Positions 39,055-48,706 of a DNA stretch of 64,000 nucleotides are shown here, piece after piece (position 1 is the stretch's first letter; every line of letters begins with the position of its first letter). The position numbers and the translations under genes were made by a program. The DNA lies in contig OZ255842.1 in assembly GCA_965277805.1 (NCBI GenBank), positions 4,224,001 to 4,288,000 of the forward strand, written 5' to 3'. The DNA comes from Candidatus Lustribacter sp. (lineage in GTDB: Bacteria; Vulcanimicrobiota; Vulcanimicrobiia; Vulcanimicrobiales; Vulcanimicrobiaceae). The notes under the pieces are model-generated. The model saw nothing but the letters and a program-made list of their open reading frames with translations, searched no databases and had not been told where the DNA came from.

Positions 39055-40913
39055 AGCCCTATCGCGCCCGCTCCAACGCGCGGCTGATCGCGTTCATCGC
39101 CGTGCTCACGATCGCACTGATCGCGATCGTCGTGCGCCTGGCACAAGTGCAGCTCGTCCAAGGTGAAACGTTCGCGTCGGCCGCGCGTGCCAATCAGATC
39201 CAACTCATCCCGACCTCCGCGCCGCGCGGGCTGATCGTCGATCGCAACGGGGTGGTGATGGTGCGCAGCCGGCCGTCGTTCGTCTGCGCGCTCATCCCCT
39301 CGGAAGTGGTGCACATCGACGACACGCTGCACCAGCTCTCTGCCGTGCTGCACATCGACGAAGCGAAACTGCGCCACCGGCTCTATCACCATCTCGGCGT
39401 GAACTACGAGAACTTCGACCAAGTACAAACCTACGAGCCCAACGGTCCGATCATTCTCGCGAGCGACCTGACGCCGGCCCAAACCGCGCAGCTCGCCGAG
39501 AGCGAGTCGTCGATTGCGGGCGTCGATCTCGAAGAGCAGCCGGTGCGCAACTACCCGATGGGCACCACCGGCGCGCAAGTGTTCGGTTACGTCGGCGCGA
39601 TCACCGAAGACGAATTCCGCGCGCGCAAAAACGAAGGCTACTCGCCCAACGACGTCGTCGGCAAAGACGGCCTCGAACAAACCTACGACACGTGGCTGCG
39701 CGGACGACTGGGCGGCCAGCAGATCGAGGTGAATTCGTCGGGCGTGCTCGTGCGGCGCCTGAAGCCGGTCGATCCGATTCCTGGCAACACGCTCGTCACG
39801 ACGATCGACGCGCGCCTGCAGCGCATCGTCGACAAGGATCTGCGCGCCGAACTCGCCCTGCGCGCGAAGGCGCTCGGCCACCGCGTCGCCGGCGCCGCCG
39901 TCGTGCTCGATCCGTACACCGGCGGCGTGATGGCGCTGGCGTCGTACCCGACCTACGATCCGAACGATTTCGCGACGCCGATCAGCGCGCGCAAGTTCGC
40001 GCACTACATCGACGATCCGCTGCAGCCGCTCTACAACCGCGCGATCGGCGCGGCGTCACCGACCGGCTCGACGTTCAAGATGGTCACGGGTTCCGGCGCC
40101 ATCTCGTCCGGCGTGATCGGCAAGGATCAGATCCTCTACGACTCGGGCTCGTGGAACTGCCACGGCGTGCTGTTCAGCGACATCGTCTCGGGCGGTCTGG
40201 GCACGACCGACTTCGTCAAGGCGCTGGCCGCCTCGTCGGACGGCTACTTCTACCAGCTCGGCTACCGGCTCGGGCACGAACGCCTGCGCTACTACGCGCT
40301 GCAGTACGGTCTGGGCTCGCGGCTCGGAATCGATCTGCCGGGCGAGTACCCCGGCAACTGGCCGACCGAGGCCTGGACCCAAGCCACTTTCGGCAAGGGC
40401 TACCACCTCGAGCCGAGCGACGTCTGCCAGCTCGCGATCGGACAGGGGGCGATGCAAGCGACCCCGCTGCAGATCGCCAACGTGCTCTCGACCGTGCTCA
40501 ACGGCGGCACCCTTTACCGGCCGCACATCGTCGAGGCGGTGCGCAGCCCGCGCGGCAAGGTGCTCAAGTCGTTCGACCACGAGGTCATCCGCGAGGTCAA
40601 TGTGACCCGCGAGGCCCTGCGCGAGGTCAAGGCGGGGATGGATCAGGTCACGAGCCCGATCGGAACCGGCTACGGCCTGGCGATTCCCGGCATTCCGCTT
40701 GGCGGCAAGAGCGGCACCGCCGAGACCGGCGTCGGCGGCAGCGGAAAGAACACGACCTGGTTCGTCATGTACGCGCCGGCGCCGCACCCCAAGATCGCGA
40801 TGGCCGTGTACGTGGAAAAGAGCGGCGGCTACGGCGCCAGCACCTCCGGCATCGTGGCGCAGCACATCGTCGCCGATTACTTCGGGGTCAAGATTTCGCC
40901 AATTGGCCCATGA
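39051..40913 (+). CDS. mrdA: Penicillin-binding protein 2
   Basis: APRG.I.DRNG, GSTFK (SxxK), SSD (SxD), AIGQG, KSGTAE. Confidence 0.93.
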   Translation: MKPYRARSNARLIAFIAVLTIALIAIVVRLAQVQLVQGETFASAARANQIQLIPTSAPRGLIVDRNGVVMVRSRPSFVCALIPSEVVHIDDTLHQLSAVLHIDEAKLRHRLYHHLGVNYENFDQVQTYEPNGPIILASDLTPAQTAQLAESESSIAGVDLEEQPVRNYPMGTTGAQVFGYVGAITEDEFRARKNEGYSPNDVVGKDGLEQTYDTWLRGRLGGQQIEVNSSGVLVRRLKPVDPIPGNTLVTTIDARLQRIVDKDLRAELALRAKALGHRVAGAAVVLDPYTGGVMALASYPTYDPNDFATPISARKFAHYIDDPLQPLYNRAIGAASPTGSTFKMVTGSGAISSGVIGKDQILYDSGSWNCHGVLFSDIVSGGLGTTDFVKALAASSDGYFYQLGYRLGHERLRYYALQYGLGSRLGIDLPGEYPGNWPTEAWTQATFGKGYHLEPSDVCQLAIGQGAMQATPLQIANVLSTVLNGGTLYRPHIVEAVRSPRGKVLKSFDHEVIREVNVTREALREVKAGMDQVTSPIGTGYGLAIPGIPLGGKSGTAETGVGGSGKNTTWFVMYAPAPHPKIAMAVYVEKSGGYGASTSGIVAQHIVADYFGVKISPIGP

Positions 40914-40953
40914 CGGGCGATTTTTGTGGCCACGTCGAACAATAGCCGTTCCC

Positions 40954-42153
40954 ATGACGACCCTCGAGCAGCAATACGACTACCTCAACGCCGCCGTTTC
41001 CCGTTTGGGAAGCGAAGCCGCATTCGAGGTATTGGGCCGAGCGCGTGCGCTGCAAGAAGCGGGCCGTTCGATCGTACACCTCGAGGTCGGAGAACCGGAC
41101 TTCGACACGCCCGAGCACATCAAGACGGCCGGCAAGCTTGCGATCGATGAGAACTTCACCCACTATGCACCCAACCCGGGCATCATGGAGTTCCGCCGCG
41201 TCATCGCCGATTACGCCACGCAATTTCGCGGACTGAACACGCCGTACGACGCGAACAACGTCGTCGTCGCGCCGGGCGCAAAACAGATTATTTGGAACTT
41301 GCTCTCGGCCGTGCTCGATCCCGGCGATGAGATGCTTTACGCGGATCCGGCGTATCCGACGTACGCGGTGTGCGCATCGTACCTCGGCGCGAAACCCGTG
41401 CCGGTGCGGCTGCTCGAATCCAAAGAGTGGCGCCTCGACCTCGACGAACTGGCCGCCAAAGTTACGCCGCGCACGAAAGTGCTGATCATCAACAGCCCGA
41501 GCAATCCGACCGGTGGCGTGCTCTCGCGCGACGATTTAGCGGCGATCGCCGAGATCGCCGCCAAACACCGCTTCCTCATCCTCACCGACGAGATCTACTG
41601 TCGCCACGTCTACGGGCAGAAGTTCGAATCGATCACGCAATTCGAAGAATTGCGCGATCGCATCATCCTGGTCGACGGTTTCTCGAAAGCCTATGCGATG
41701 ACGGGCTGGCGCTTGGGCTATTGCATCGCGCCGCCGCAAGTCGCAAAAGCTGCGACGCTGATGGCCAACAACACCTACGCGTGCACGTCGACGTTCATCC
41801 AGAAAGCCGGCATCGCCGCGCTGCTGGGTCCGGACGAACCGGTGATCGAGATGCGCGACATCTTCCACAAACGCCGCGACATGGTCATCGCCGGGCTCAA
41901 CGCGATTCCCAACGTCACCGCGTGCATGCCGCCCGGCGCGTTCTACGCGTTTCCGAACATCAGCAAAGTCACTCCGGACGACAAACGCCTGGCGTCGTAC
42001 TTGCTCGAAGAGGCCGGCGTGGCGTTACTCGGCGGTTCGTGCTTCGGCGATGCCGGCGCCGGCTGTCTGCGCATTTCGTACGCGAGCTCGATCGAAAACC
42101 TCGAAGAAGCGCTGCGCCGCATGCGCGTCGCGCTCCCCAAGTTCCCGGGATAG
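40954..42153 (+). CDS. PLP-dependent aminotransferase class I/II (aspartate aminotransferase-like)
   Basis: GEPDF.TP, NSPSNPTG, DEIY, GFSKAYAMTGWRLG. Confidence 0.93.
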   Translation: MTTLEQQYDYLNAAVSRLGSEAAFEVLGRARALQEAGRSIVHLEVGEPDFDTPEHIKTAGKLAIDENFTHYAPNPGIMEFRRVIADYATQFRGLNTPYDANNVVVAPGAKQIIWNLLSAVLDPGDEMLYADPAYPTYAVCASYLGAKPVPVRLLESKEWRLDLDELAAKVTPRTKVLIINSPSNPTGGVLSRDDLAAIAEIAAKHRFLILTDEIYCRHVYGQKFESITQFEELRDRIILVDGFSKAYAMTGWRLGYCIAPPQVAKAATLMANNTYACTSTFIQKAGIAALLGPDEPVIEMRDIFHKRRDMVIAGLNAIPNVTACMPPGAFYAFPNISKVTPDDKRLASYLLEEAGVALLGGSCFGDAGAGCLRISYASSIENLEEALRRMRVALPKFPG

Positions 42154-42200
42154 GATTCACGTTCCGTGAATCCGTTGCGTTTGGGCTACGCCCAAGCCGC
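42153..42200 (+). repeat. Two-hairpin structured element, family B copy 2
   Basis: GGATT-CACG-ttc-CGTG-AATCC-GTT-GCGTT-TGGGC-tac-GCCCA-AGCCGC; fills the gap between convergent genes. Confidence 0.75.
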
Positions 42201-43190
42201 CTACGAAGCCCCCATTGCGCGCTTGACCTGATCGACCGTGGCACGAGCCACAGGACGCACGGCGTCCGCGCCCTGCTTGAGTAATTCGGTCACGGTGGCC
42301 GGATCGGCGGAAAGCTCGGCGTAGCGTTCGCGCAGCGGACGCAGCGTCTCGACGAGGACCTCGACCAGCTCTTTCTTCACGTCGCCGTAACCGCGGACGT
42401 TCGCGAAATGTTCCTCGGCCTGCGCGATCGTCGTGCCGGTGGCGGCGGCGTAAATTGCCAGCAGGTTCGTAATGCCGGGTCGTGCCGGATCGGCGCGCAC
42501 TTCACGGCCGCTGTCGGTCTGCGCCGACATCACCGCTTTTTTGATCTGCTCGGGCGAATCCAGCACGCCCACCGCGTGATACGATCCCGGCGCGCTCTTC
42601 GACATCTTTTTGGTTGGATCGTCGAGACCCATGATTCGCGCGCCCGCCTTCGGTATCGCCGGTTCGGGGATGACGAACACCTCGCCGTAGGTGGAATTGA
42701 AACGCTGCGCGAGATCGCGCGCCAACTCGACGTGCTGCTTTTGATCGTCGCCGACCGGCACGTGCGTCGTGCGATAGAGCAGGATGTCGGCCGCCATCAA
42801 GATCGGGTAGGTGAAGAGACCAACGCGCGCATCGCCGCGCTGCGTCTCGGACTTCTCTTTGTACTGCGTCATGCGCTGCATTTGGCCCATCGCCGCAACG
42901 CACGACAGATACCACGTGAGTTCGCCGTGTTCGCACACGTCGCTCTGCACGAACAGCCGCGACTTGCTCTGATCGATGCCGGCCGCCAGGAGCAGCATCG
43001 CAAATTCGAGCGTGTGGGCGCGCAAGGCGTCCGGATCCTGCGGCACCGTGAGCGCGTGCATGTTGACAAGGCAGAAGATGTTCTCGGCGTCGTCTTGTCC
43101 CGTGACCCACTGTTTGATCGCACCGAAATAATTGCCGATGTGAATAGAGCCGGTGGGCTGGATGCCGGAAAAGACGACGGGACGTGACAT
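42201..43190 (-). CDS. trpS: Tryptophan--tRNA ligase
   Basis: SGIQPTG.IHIGNY, YP.LMAADIL, VPVG.DQ.QH.E, KMSKS. Confidence 0.97.
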   Translation of the reverse strand: MSRPVVFSGIQPTGSIHIGNYFGAIKQWVTGQDDAENIFCLVNMHALTVPQDPDALRAHTLEFAMLLLAAGIDQSKSRLFVQSDVCEHGELTWYLSCVAAMGQMQRMTQYKEKSETQRGDARVGLFTYPILMAADILLYRTTHVPVGDDQKQHVELARDLAQRFNSTYGEVFVIPEPAIPKAGARIMGLDDPTKKMSKSAPGSYHAVGVLDSPEQIKKAVMSAQTDSGREVRADPARPGITNLLAIYAAATGTTIAQAEEHFANVRGYGDVKKELVEVLVETLRPLRERYAELSADPATVTELLKQGADAVRPVARATVDQVKRAMGAS

Positions 43191-43194
43191 GCCG

Positions 43195-43965
43195 TTATGC
43201 TTCGCCGCGATACGCGATGCGCATCCCCGCAAACGTTCCGCCCTGCTCGATGCGTTCGCGTACGAACGCGCGCGCGAATTCGATCGCGAGCGGCAGCGCG
43301 TCGCCGAACGCGCAGCGCACGGCGATCGCGCACGCAAGCAGCGAACCGGTGCCGCGCAAATCGAGCGGGATGCGTGCGCTGCGGAACTCGTGCACCTCAC
43401 CGGCGCGGGCGAGCAGATCGCACGCATCGCCGTCGAGATGCCCGCCCTTGAGCAGCACCGCGTGCGGCCCGAGCGCGAGCAAGGCGGGCAACGCGGCGCG
43501 CATCGCCGCCGGATCCGCGACGGGCCTGCCGGTCAGCAGCGCGGCCTCGGCGAGATTCGGCGTCAGCAGCGTGCAGCGCGCGAAGAGCGCCTCGCGCATC
43601 GCTGCGAGGGTCGCGTCGGAGGCGAGGCGGTCGCCGCCGCTGGCCGCGATGACCGGATCGCAGATCACCGGCACGCCGGGATAGCGATCGAGGCCGGCGG
43701 CCACCGCCCGCACCGAGGGCGCATCGAGCAGCGCGCCCACGCAGAACGCGCCGACCGCCACGCCGGCAAGCGCATCGAACTGCGCCGCGATCGTGGCCGA
43801 GTCGACGGGCGCCCGGGCGAGGACGCGGTCCGCATCCTGGGCGCTGACCCCGGCGGCGACCGCCACCGGCTGTGCGCCCAACGCGCGGATGACGGTCAAG
43901 TCGAGCAGCAGTCCCGCAGCGGCGTAGGGGTGGGTGGTGCCGACCGCGGCCACGACCGGGGTCAC
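43195..43965 (-). CDS. thiD: Hydroxymethylpyrimidine/phosphomethylpyrimidine kinase (ThiD-like, divergent)
   Basis: DPVIAASGG, LTPNLAEA, LKGGH, RGTGS; adjacent to thiE. Confidence 0.8.
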   Translation of the reverse strand: MTPVVAAVGTTHPYAAAGLLLDLTVIRALGAQPVAVAAGVSAQDADRVLARAPVDSATIAAQFDALAGVAVGAFCVGALLDAPSVRAVAAGLDRYPGVPVICDPVIAASGGDRLASDATLAAMREALFARCTLLTPNLAEAALLTGRPVADPAAMRAALPALLALGPHAVLLKGGHLDGDACDLLARAGEVHEFRSARIPLDLRGTGSLLACAIAVRCAFGDALPLAIEFARAFVRERIEQGGTFAGMRIAYRGEA

Positions 43966-44582
43966 GCGCCCGTCCAGGCCCCGACGAATGCCCGGGCCGC
44001 TTCTTCCGGATCGGCGGCCGCAGCGAGCGCCGAGATGACCGCGGCCATCGCGGCGCCCGTCTCGCGCACCCGCGGCAGCGATGCCAGGCTGATGCCCCCG
44101 ATGGCCGCCACCGGCAGCGCGGTCGCCTCCACCACGACGCGCACGCCGTTCACCCCGATCGGGCCGCCGGCGTCGTCTTTGGAGGCGGTCGCGAAGATCG
44201 GCCCGGCCCCCAGATAGTCGACCAGCCCCGCCGGAACGGCCCGGGCCTCGGCCGGCGTGCCGCAGGAGAGGCCGATCGCACGCGGCCCGAGCCGGTCGCG
44301 CAGCGCGCGCAGGTCGTGCCCCGCCAGATCTTCCTGACCCAGATGGACCCCGTCGGCCTCGAGCGCCAGTTCGACGTCGTCGTTGGCGATCGCCGTGCCG
44401 CCGGCCGCCCGGATCCGCGCGACCGTCGCGCGGAACAGGCCGGGCGCGATCCCGCGTTTGGCGCGCACTTGCACGAGGCGAATGCCGCCGCGCAGCAACG
44501 CGTCGAGGTAGGCCATGGGCTCGGCGTGCGCGGCCGGATCGATCAGCGCGTAGACGCCGCTGAAGCGCTCGGCGTTCGTCAT
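43962..44582 (-). CDS. thiE: Thiamine phosphate synthase
   Basis: VQVRAK, NDD, ADGVHLGQED, GPIFATASK, AIGGI. Confidence 0.93.
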   Translation of the reverse strand: MTNAERFSGVYALIDPAAHAEPMAYLDALLRGGIRLVQVRAKRGIAPGLFRATVARIRAAGGTAIANDDVELALEADGVHLGQEDLAGHDLRALRDRLGPRAIGLSCGTPAEARAVPAGLVDYLGAGPIFATASKDDAGGPIGVNGVRVVVEATALPVAAIGGISLASLPRVRETGAAMAAVISALAAAADPEEAARAFVGAWTGA

Positions 44583-45400
44583 GCCGGCGCCGCGATATCC
44601 GGCACGTCGAGGGCGAACGGTAGCTCCGAGCCGTCGCGCAAATTCGGGGCCACCGTCAACGCGAAATTCAGCGCGCCGTCGGGCAGCCGCGGGGCCGCAA
44701 ACGACAGCACGCCGGTGACTTGTGCACCGCTCGCGAGCCGCACCCCGAGAAACAGCCGGCGATCCGTACCGGCCCACGTTTTCGTGTTGACGATCGGTCG
44801 GTAGACGTGTCCGGCGCCATCACGCAATACGCTGCGGCCGTACGGAAGCAGCGTCAAAAAACCGTTGCCCCCATTGGCAAATGTCACTACACACGCGATC
44901 GCGTGCGCGTAGAACGAAACCTTTTTTACGCTGACCCGCAAGCCGTTCGACGTGCCGGCCGCCGACGTTGCAACGGCGCGCCACGGACGCCCGAGATCCT
45001 TGATGCGCGCGCGCGTACCGGAGCCGATGACACCATAGGCAACGGTCACGTTCGCCGTTGCCGGCGCATCGTGCGACGGGTCGTAGAGATGGATCGCTTC
45101 GCGCGCGAAGTACAGGCGAAATGCCGCGTTGCCGCGCGCGCCGAGCAGCGTGTATGAATCGAGCGCGAAGCGGTCGGCGGTAAACGCGCTGGCGAAATTA
45201 CGCGCGCTGCGAAAGTACGCGCGCGCCGGCGCATCGAGCAGTGCGTAGGCCTCGGCGTAGCGTTTGGCGGCCAGCGCGTCGACGTAGCGCCGCACCAGCG
45301 CGGTCTGCGGGCCGGCCGGGACGGGATCGAGCCGGTCGGCCGGTGCGGCGGCGAGCAGCACCACGGCCGCGGCGGCGGCGGCGATGCTGCGCCGGATCAC
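44579..45400 (-). CDS. Hypothetical exported protein
   Basis: Signal-peptide-like N-terminus, beta-rich C-terminal half; start/stop overlaps with parB and thiE. Confidence 0.7.
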   Translation of the reverse strand: MIRRSIAAAAAAVVLLAAAPADRLDPVPAGPQTALVRRYVDALAAKRYAEAYALLDAPARAYFRSARNFASAFTADRFALDSYTLLGARGNAAFRLYFAREAIHLYDPSHDAPATANVTVAYGVIGSGTRARIKDLGRPWRAVATSAAGTSNGLRVSVKKVSFYAHAIACVVTFANGGNGFLTLLPYGRSVLRDGAGHVYRPIVNTKTWAGTDRRLFLGVRLASGAQVTGVLSFAAPRLPDGALNFALTVAPNLRDGSELPFALDVPDIAAPA

Positions 45401-46263
45401 GCCGAGTCGCCGAGCAGAAGGTCGACGATCCGCAGCAGCTCGTCGTCATCGGAGAAGCGGATCTCGATCGAGCCGCCGCGTTCGCGCCGCACGAGCGCGA
45501 TGTGCGTCGCGAGCTTGTAGCGCAGGCGATCGACAACGGCGGCCGTCTCGGCATCCAGCGTCCTCGCCGGTGCGCGCGGCTTGGCGGCCGGCTCGCGCGC
45601 CAGCGCTTCGATCGCGCGGACGGTGAGGCCGTCGTCGGCCGCGCGCTTCGCGATCGCCTCGCGTTGCGCTTCGGGGATCGAGAGCAGCGCGCGGGCCGCG
45701 CGCGCGTTGAGCCGGCCCTCGCGCAGCAGCGCCTTGATCGGATCGGATAATGTCAATAACCGCAAGGCATTTGCGATCGCGGGACGGCTGCGGCCGACGC
45801 GCTGCGCGACCGCATCTTGCGTGAACTCGTAGGCTTCCATCAGGTGCGCGAAGCCCATCGCTTCTTCGAGCGGATCGAGGTTCTCGCGCTGGAGGTTCTC
45901 GATGATCGCGATCTCGAGCGACTGCTTGTCATCGGCCGTGCGCACGAGCGCCGGAATGACTGACAGGCCGGCCGCGACCGCCGCGCGCCAGCGCCGCTCG
46001 CCCGCGATCAGTTCGTACTTCTCGCCCTCGAGCCGGCGCACGATGATCGGCACGAGCACGCCGAGCTCGGTAATCGACGTTTGCAATTCGGCCAGCGCTG
46101 CGGCGTCGAACGTCGTGCGCGGCTGATACGGATTCGGCGAGACCGCGTTCACCGGAACGTTGATCAAGCCGGTGCGCGCTGCCGGCGCATCGGCCGGCTT
46201 CGCGATGGGATTGCCGAGCAGCGCGCCGAGGCCGCTGCCGAGTCCGCGTTTCGGCGCGCTCAC
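45397..46263 (-). CDS. parB: Chromosome partitioning protein ParB/Spo0J
   Basis: RGLG.GL.AL, NPYQPR, AGERRWRA, ENLQRE.L, HTH (SRPAIANALRLL). Confidence 0.96.
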   Translation of the reverse strand: MSAPKRGLGSGLGALLGNPIAKPADAPAARTGLINVPVNAVSPNPYQPRTTFDAAALAELQTSITELGVLVPIIVRRLEGEKYELIAGERRWRAAVAAGLSVIPALVRTADDKQSLEIAIIENLQRENLDPLEEAMGFAHLMEAYEFTQDAVAQRVGRSRPAIANALRLLTLSDPIKALLREGRLNARAARALLSIPEAQREAIAKRAADDGLTVRAIEALAREPAAKPRAPARTLDAETAAVVDRLRYKLATHIALVRRERGGSIEIRFSDDDELLRIVDLLLGDSA

Positions 46264-47066
46264 GCGGGCGTAACCTCGACCGAGCCGATGCCGCCGATCG
46301 TCTCACGCGCCAGCGAGATATACGCTTGCGCGCCGCGGCTTTTCGGATCGAAGAGCACCGCGGGTTTGCCGTAGGACGGTGCTTCGGAAAGCCGGATATT
46401 GCGCGGAATTTGCGTGTGAAACACGCGTTCGGGAAAGAAGCGGTGCACTTCGTCGAGCACTTCGGTTGCAAGCCGCGTGCGCCCGTCGAACATCGTGATC
46501 AGCACGCCGAGAATCTCGAGTTCCGGATTGAGCGCTTCGCGCGCGCGCTCGACGATCGTCGTCAATTGCGAGAGACCTTCGAGCGCGTAATATTCAGCTT
46601 GAACCGGGATGATGATCTCCTGCGCTGCAGCGAGCGCGTTGACGGTAAGCAGCCCGAGCGACGGCGGGCAGTCGATCATGACGATGTCGTACGCATTACC
46701 GGTCGCGGCCAGCGCGTCTTTCAAACGGTGCTCGCGCCGCTCGATCGTGACCAATTCGATTTCGGCGCCCGCGAGCGCCAGCGTCGCCGGAAGTATCCAC
46801 AGGTTTTCCACATCGGTGGGTTGGACCGCATCCGCGATCGCGACCCCGTCGAGCAGCACCGAGTACGAATCCAGCTCCATGGCACGCTTGTCGATGCCGA
46901 CGCCTGTCGTAGTATTGCCTTGTGGGTCGATATCGACGAGCAGCACGCGGCGGCCCATGAGCGCAAGCGAGGCTCCCAGGTTGACCGCGGTCGTGCTCTT
47001 GCCGACGCCGCCTTTTTGGTTGACGACCGCAATGATCCGCGTCGTCCCCTGCCCGTTACTTGCCAA
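46260..47066 (-). CDS. parA: Chromosome partitioning ATPase ParA/Soj
   Basis: NQKGGVGKSTT, D.DPQGN, IDCPPSLG, IPRNIRLSEAPSYG. Start codon (TTG) uncertain. Confidence 0.95.
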   Translation of the reverse strand: MASNGQGTTRIIAVVNQKGGVGKSTTAVNLGASLALMGRRVLLVDIDPQGNTTTGVGIDKRAMELDSYSVLLDGVAIADAVQPTDVENLWILPATLALAGAEIELVTIERREHRLKDALAATGNAYDIVMIDCPPSLGLLTVNALAAAQEIIIPVQAEYYALEGLSQLTTIVERAREALNPELEILGVLITMFDGRTRLATEVLDEVHRFFPERVFHTQIPRNIRLSEAPSYGKPAVLFDPKSRGAQAYISLARETIGGIGSVEVTPA

Positions 47067-48444
47067 TGCTATAGTGCTCGTCGATGTAGCGCTTAGCGCG
47101 CTCGACCAGCAGGTGCCGCTCGTTCCGAGTCGGATCATCGACGACCTCTTCGAACAGCGCGGCCAACACGGCGCCCACCCGCGCGTCGCCGCGGAAGCCC
47201 GGCGGCGCCGCCCCGGCCTCGATCAACAGCCCAATCACGTCCTCGCCCGAGATCGCAAGATCGCGCACAGCCAGCGGCGGTTTTTCTTCCAGCACCTGCG
47301 CGACGCGCGCTTCGAACAGTTCGTTGTCTTGCGAACGCTTAGGCAAGCCGCTGCCGATAATATCCGCGTGGCGTAAGGCAAAAAGCCGTTCGAGATGCGC
47401 CGGACCGATGCGATTGATGAAGCGCCGGATCGCTTTCGGCTGCAGCGTCGGATCGGCCGAATACATGTGCGAACGCACCAGATGCTCGACCGTCGCGATC
47501 GTCTCATTCGGAAAGCGCCAGCGCTGCAGCATCCTAACCGCCATGTCCGCCCCGACGTGCTCGTGACGGTAGAAATGCGGACCGTCCTTCGTGCGTGGCT
47601 TGCCGACGTCGTGGAGCAATGCAGCTAGCCGCAGCACAACATCGCCCGAAGGCGCCGCGTCGGCCGTCTCGAGGTTGTGGCGATACACGTCGTAGGCATG
47701 CCACTCGTTCTGGTCGATGCCGACACCCTCGACCACCTCGGGCCAGAGTTCGGCCAGGACACACGTCGTGCGGAGGATCTCGATGCCGGTCGATGGCCGG
47801 CCGGGGGTGCCAAAAAGCTTCAGCAGCTCTTCGCAGACGCGTTCGGGCGAGACCGTGCGCACGAGACCGGCTGCCGCTATCATTCCCTCGCGAGCGCCGT
47901 CGCTGAGCTCGAAGCCGAAGCGGGCGGCGAACTGGGCGGCTCGCAGCAGGCGAAGCGGATCTTCGTCGAACGTTTTTGCAGACACGATGTCGATCCGGCG
48001 GGCCGCGATGTCGGCCACGCCGCCGTACGGATCGATGATCACGTCGTCGCTGATGCGGCGCGCGATCATGTTCATGCGGAAGTCGCGCCGGCCGAGATCC
48101 TCCTCGATCGTGATGCCGGGGCCGCTCTCGACCACGAAGTCACGGTGGCCTGTGCCCGTCGACTGCTCGCGGCGCGGCAACGCGAGGTCGGCATTGCCCT
48201 CTAGTGCCGAGAGTTTGACGACCGAGAACGAGGCGCCAACGACATTGACGCGGCCCACGGAGCGTAGGCGGGCGACTAGTGCTTCGACGGAGAGGCCGGT
48301 GACGACGTAGTCGAGGTCCTTGGGGGGCGAGATCGTTGGATCGAACCGCGCTCGGAATTCGTCGCGTACCCGTCCGCCGACCGCGTAGAGCGACTTGGCG
48401 GGCAACGCCTCCGCGAGGCGCCGGTCTAGCGGGTGAGCGGTCAC
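47056..48444 (-). CDS. cca: CCA tRNA nucleotidyltransferase with HD domain
   Basis: VGGRVRD...DLD, EDLGRRDF, EDPLRLLR, LLHDVGK. GTG start 7 nt after TAGAAT. Confidence 0.85.
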   Translation of the reverse strand: MTAHPLDRRLAEALPAKSLYAVGGRVRDEFRARFDPTISPPKDLDYVVTGLSVEALVARLRSVGRVNVVGASFSVVKLSALEGNADLALPRREQSTGTGHRDFVVESGPGITIEEDLGRRDFRMNMIARRISDDVIIDPYGGVADIAARRIDIVSAKTFDEDPLRLLRAAQFAARFGFELSDGAREGMIAAAGLVRTVSPERVCEELLKLFGTPGRPSTGIEILRTTCVLAELWPEVVEGVGIDQNEWHAYDVYRHNLETADAAPSGDVVLRLAALLHDVGKPRTKDGPHFYRHEHVGADMAVRMLQRWRFPNETIATVEHLVRSHMYSADPTLQPKAIRRFINRIGPAHLERLFALRHADIIGSGLPKRSQDNELFEARVAQVLEEKPPLAVRDLAISGEDVIGLLIEAGAAPPGFRGDARVGAVLAALFEEVVDDPTRNERHLLVERAKRYIDEHYSIGK

Positions 48445-48484
48445 GTGCGTCATTCTACCGCACTACGCGGCTTGGGACCCGTAA

Positions 48485-48500
48485 TGTTTCCCGGGAAACA
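48485..48500. promoter_or_regulatory. parS-type centromere site
   Basis: Perfect 16-bp palindrome TGTTTCCCGGGAAACA; differs from the common TGTTTCACGTGAAACA at two symmetric positions; near parAB/oriC. Confidence 0.85.
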
Positions 48501-48515
48501 ATTCGGTGGTGGCGG

Positions 48516-48660
48516 CGAGGCGGGGCGCCGCGTTGCTGCGTGGGGGACATCGCGATTTTCCGTCCTGGAAAATCACGACTCGGCTGAGGCGCTGCTCTCG
48601 GCATCCTGCCTTCGCAGCGCCTCAGACGCCCCCCGCGCAGCAACGCGGCACCCCACCTCG
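48516..48660 (-). other. Three-way-junction structured element (candidate ncRNA or MITE-like repeat)
   Basis: About 31-bp outer inverted repeat enclosing two hairpins whose minus-strand loops read CAGGACG and CAGGAUG. Confidence 0.6.
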
Positions 48661-48677
48661 CGGCGCGATTCAGGCGG

Positions 48678-48693
48678 TGTTTCCCGGGAAACA
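48678..48693. promoter_or_regulatory. parS-type centromere site (second identical copy)
   Basis: TGTTTCCCGGGAAACA, identical to 48485-48500. Confidence 0.85.
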
Positions 48694-48706
48694 TTTTTAG
48701 CTTGGG

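Noticed and set aside
48516-48660. Identity as tRNA, SRP, 6S or tmRNA
   Set aside because: No T-loop or CCA end, no SRP domain IV motif, and no central bubble of the 6S type.
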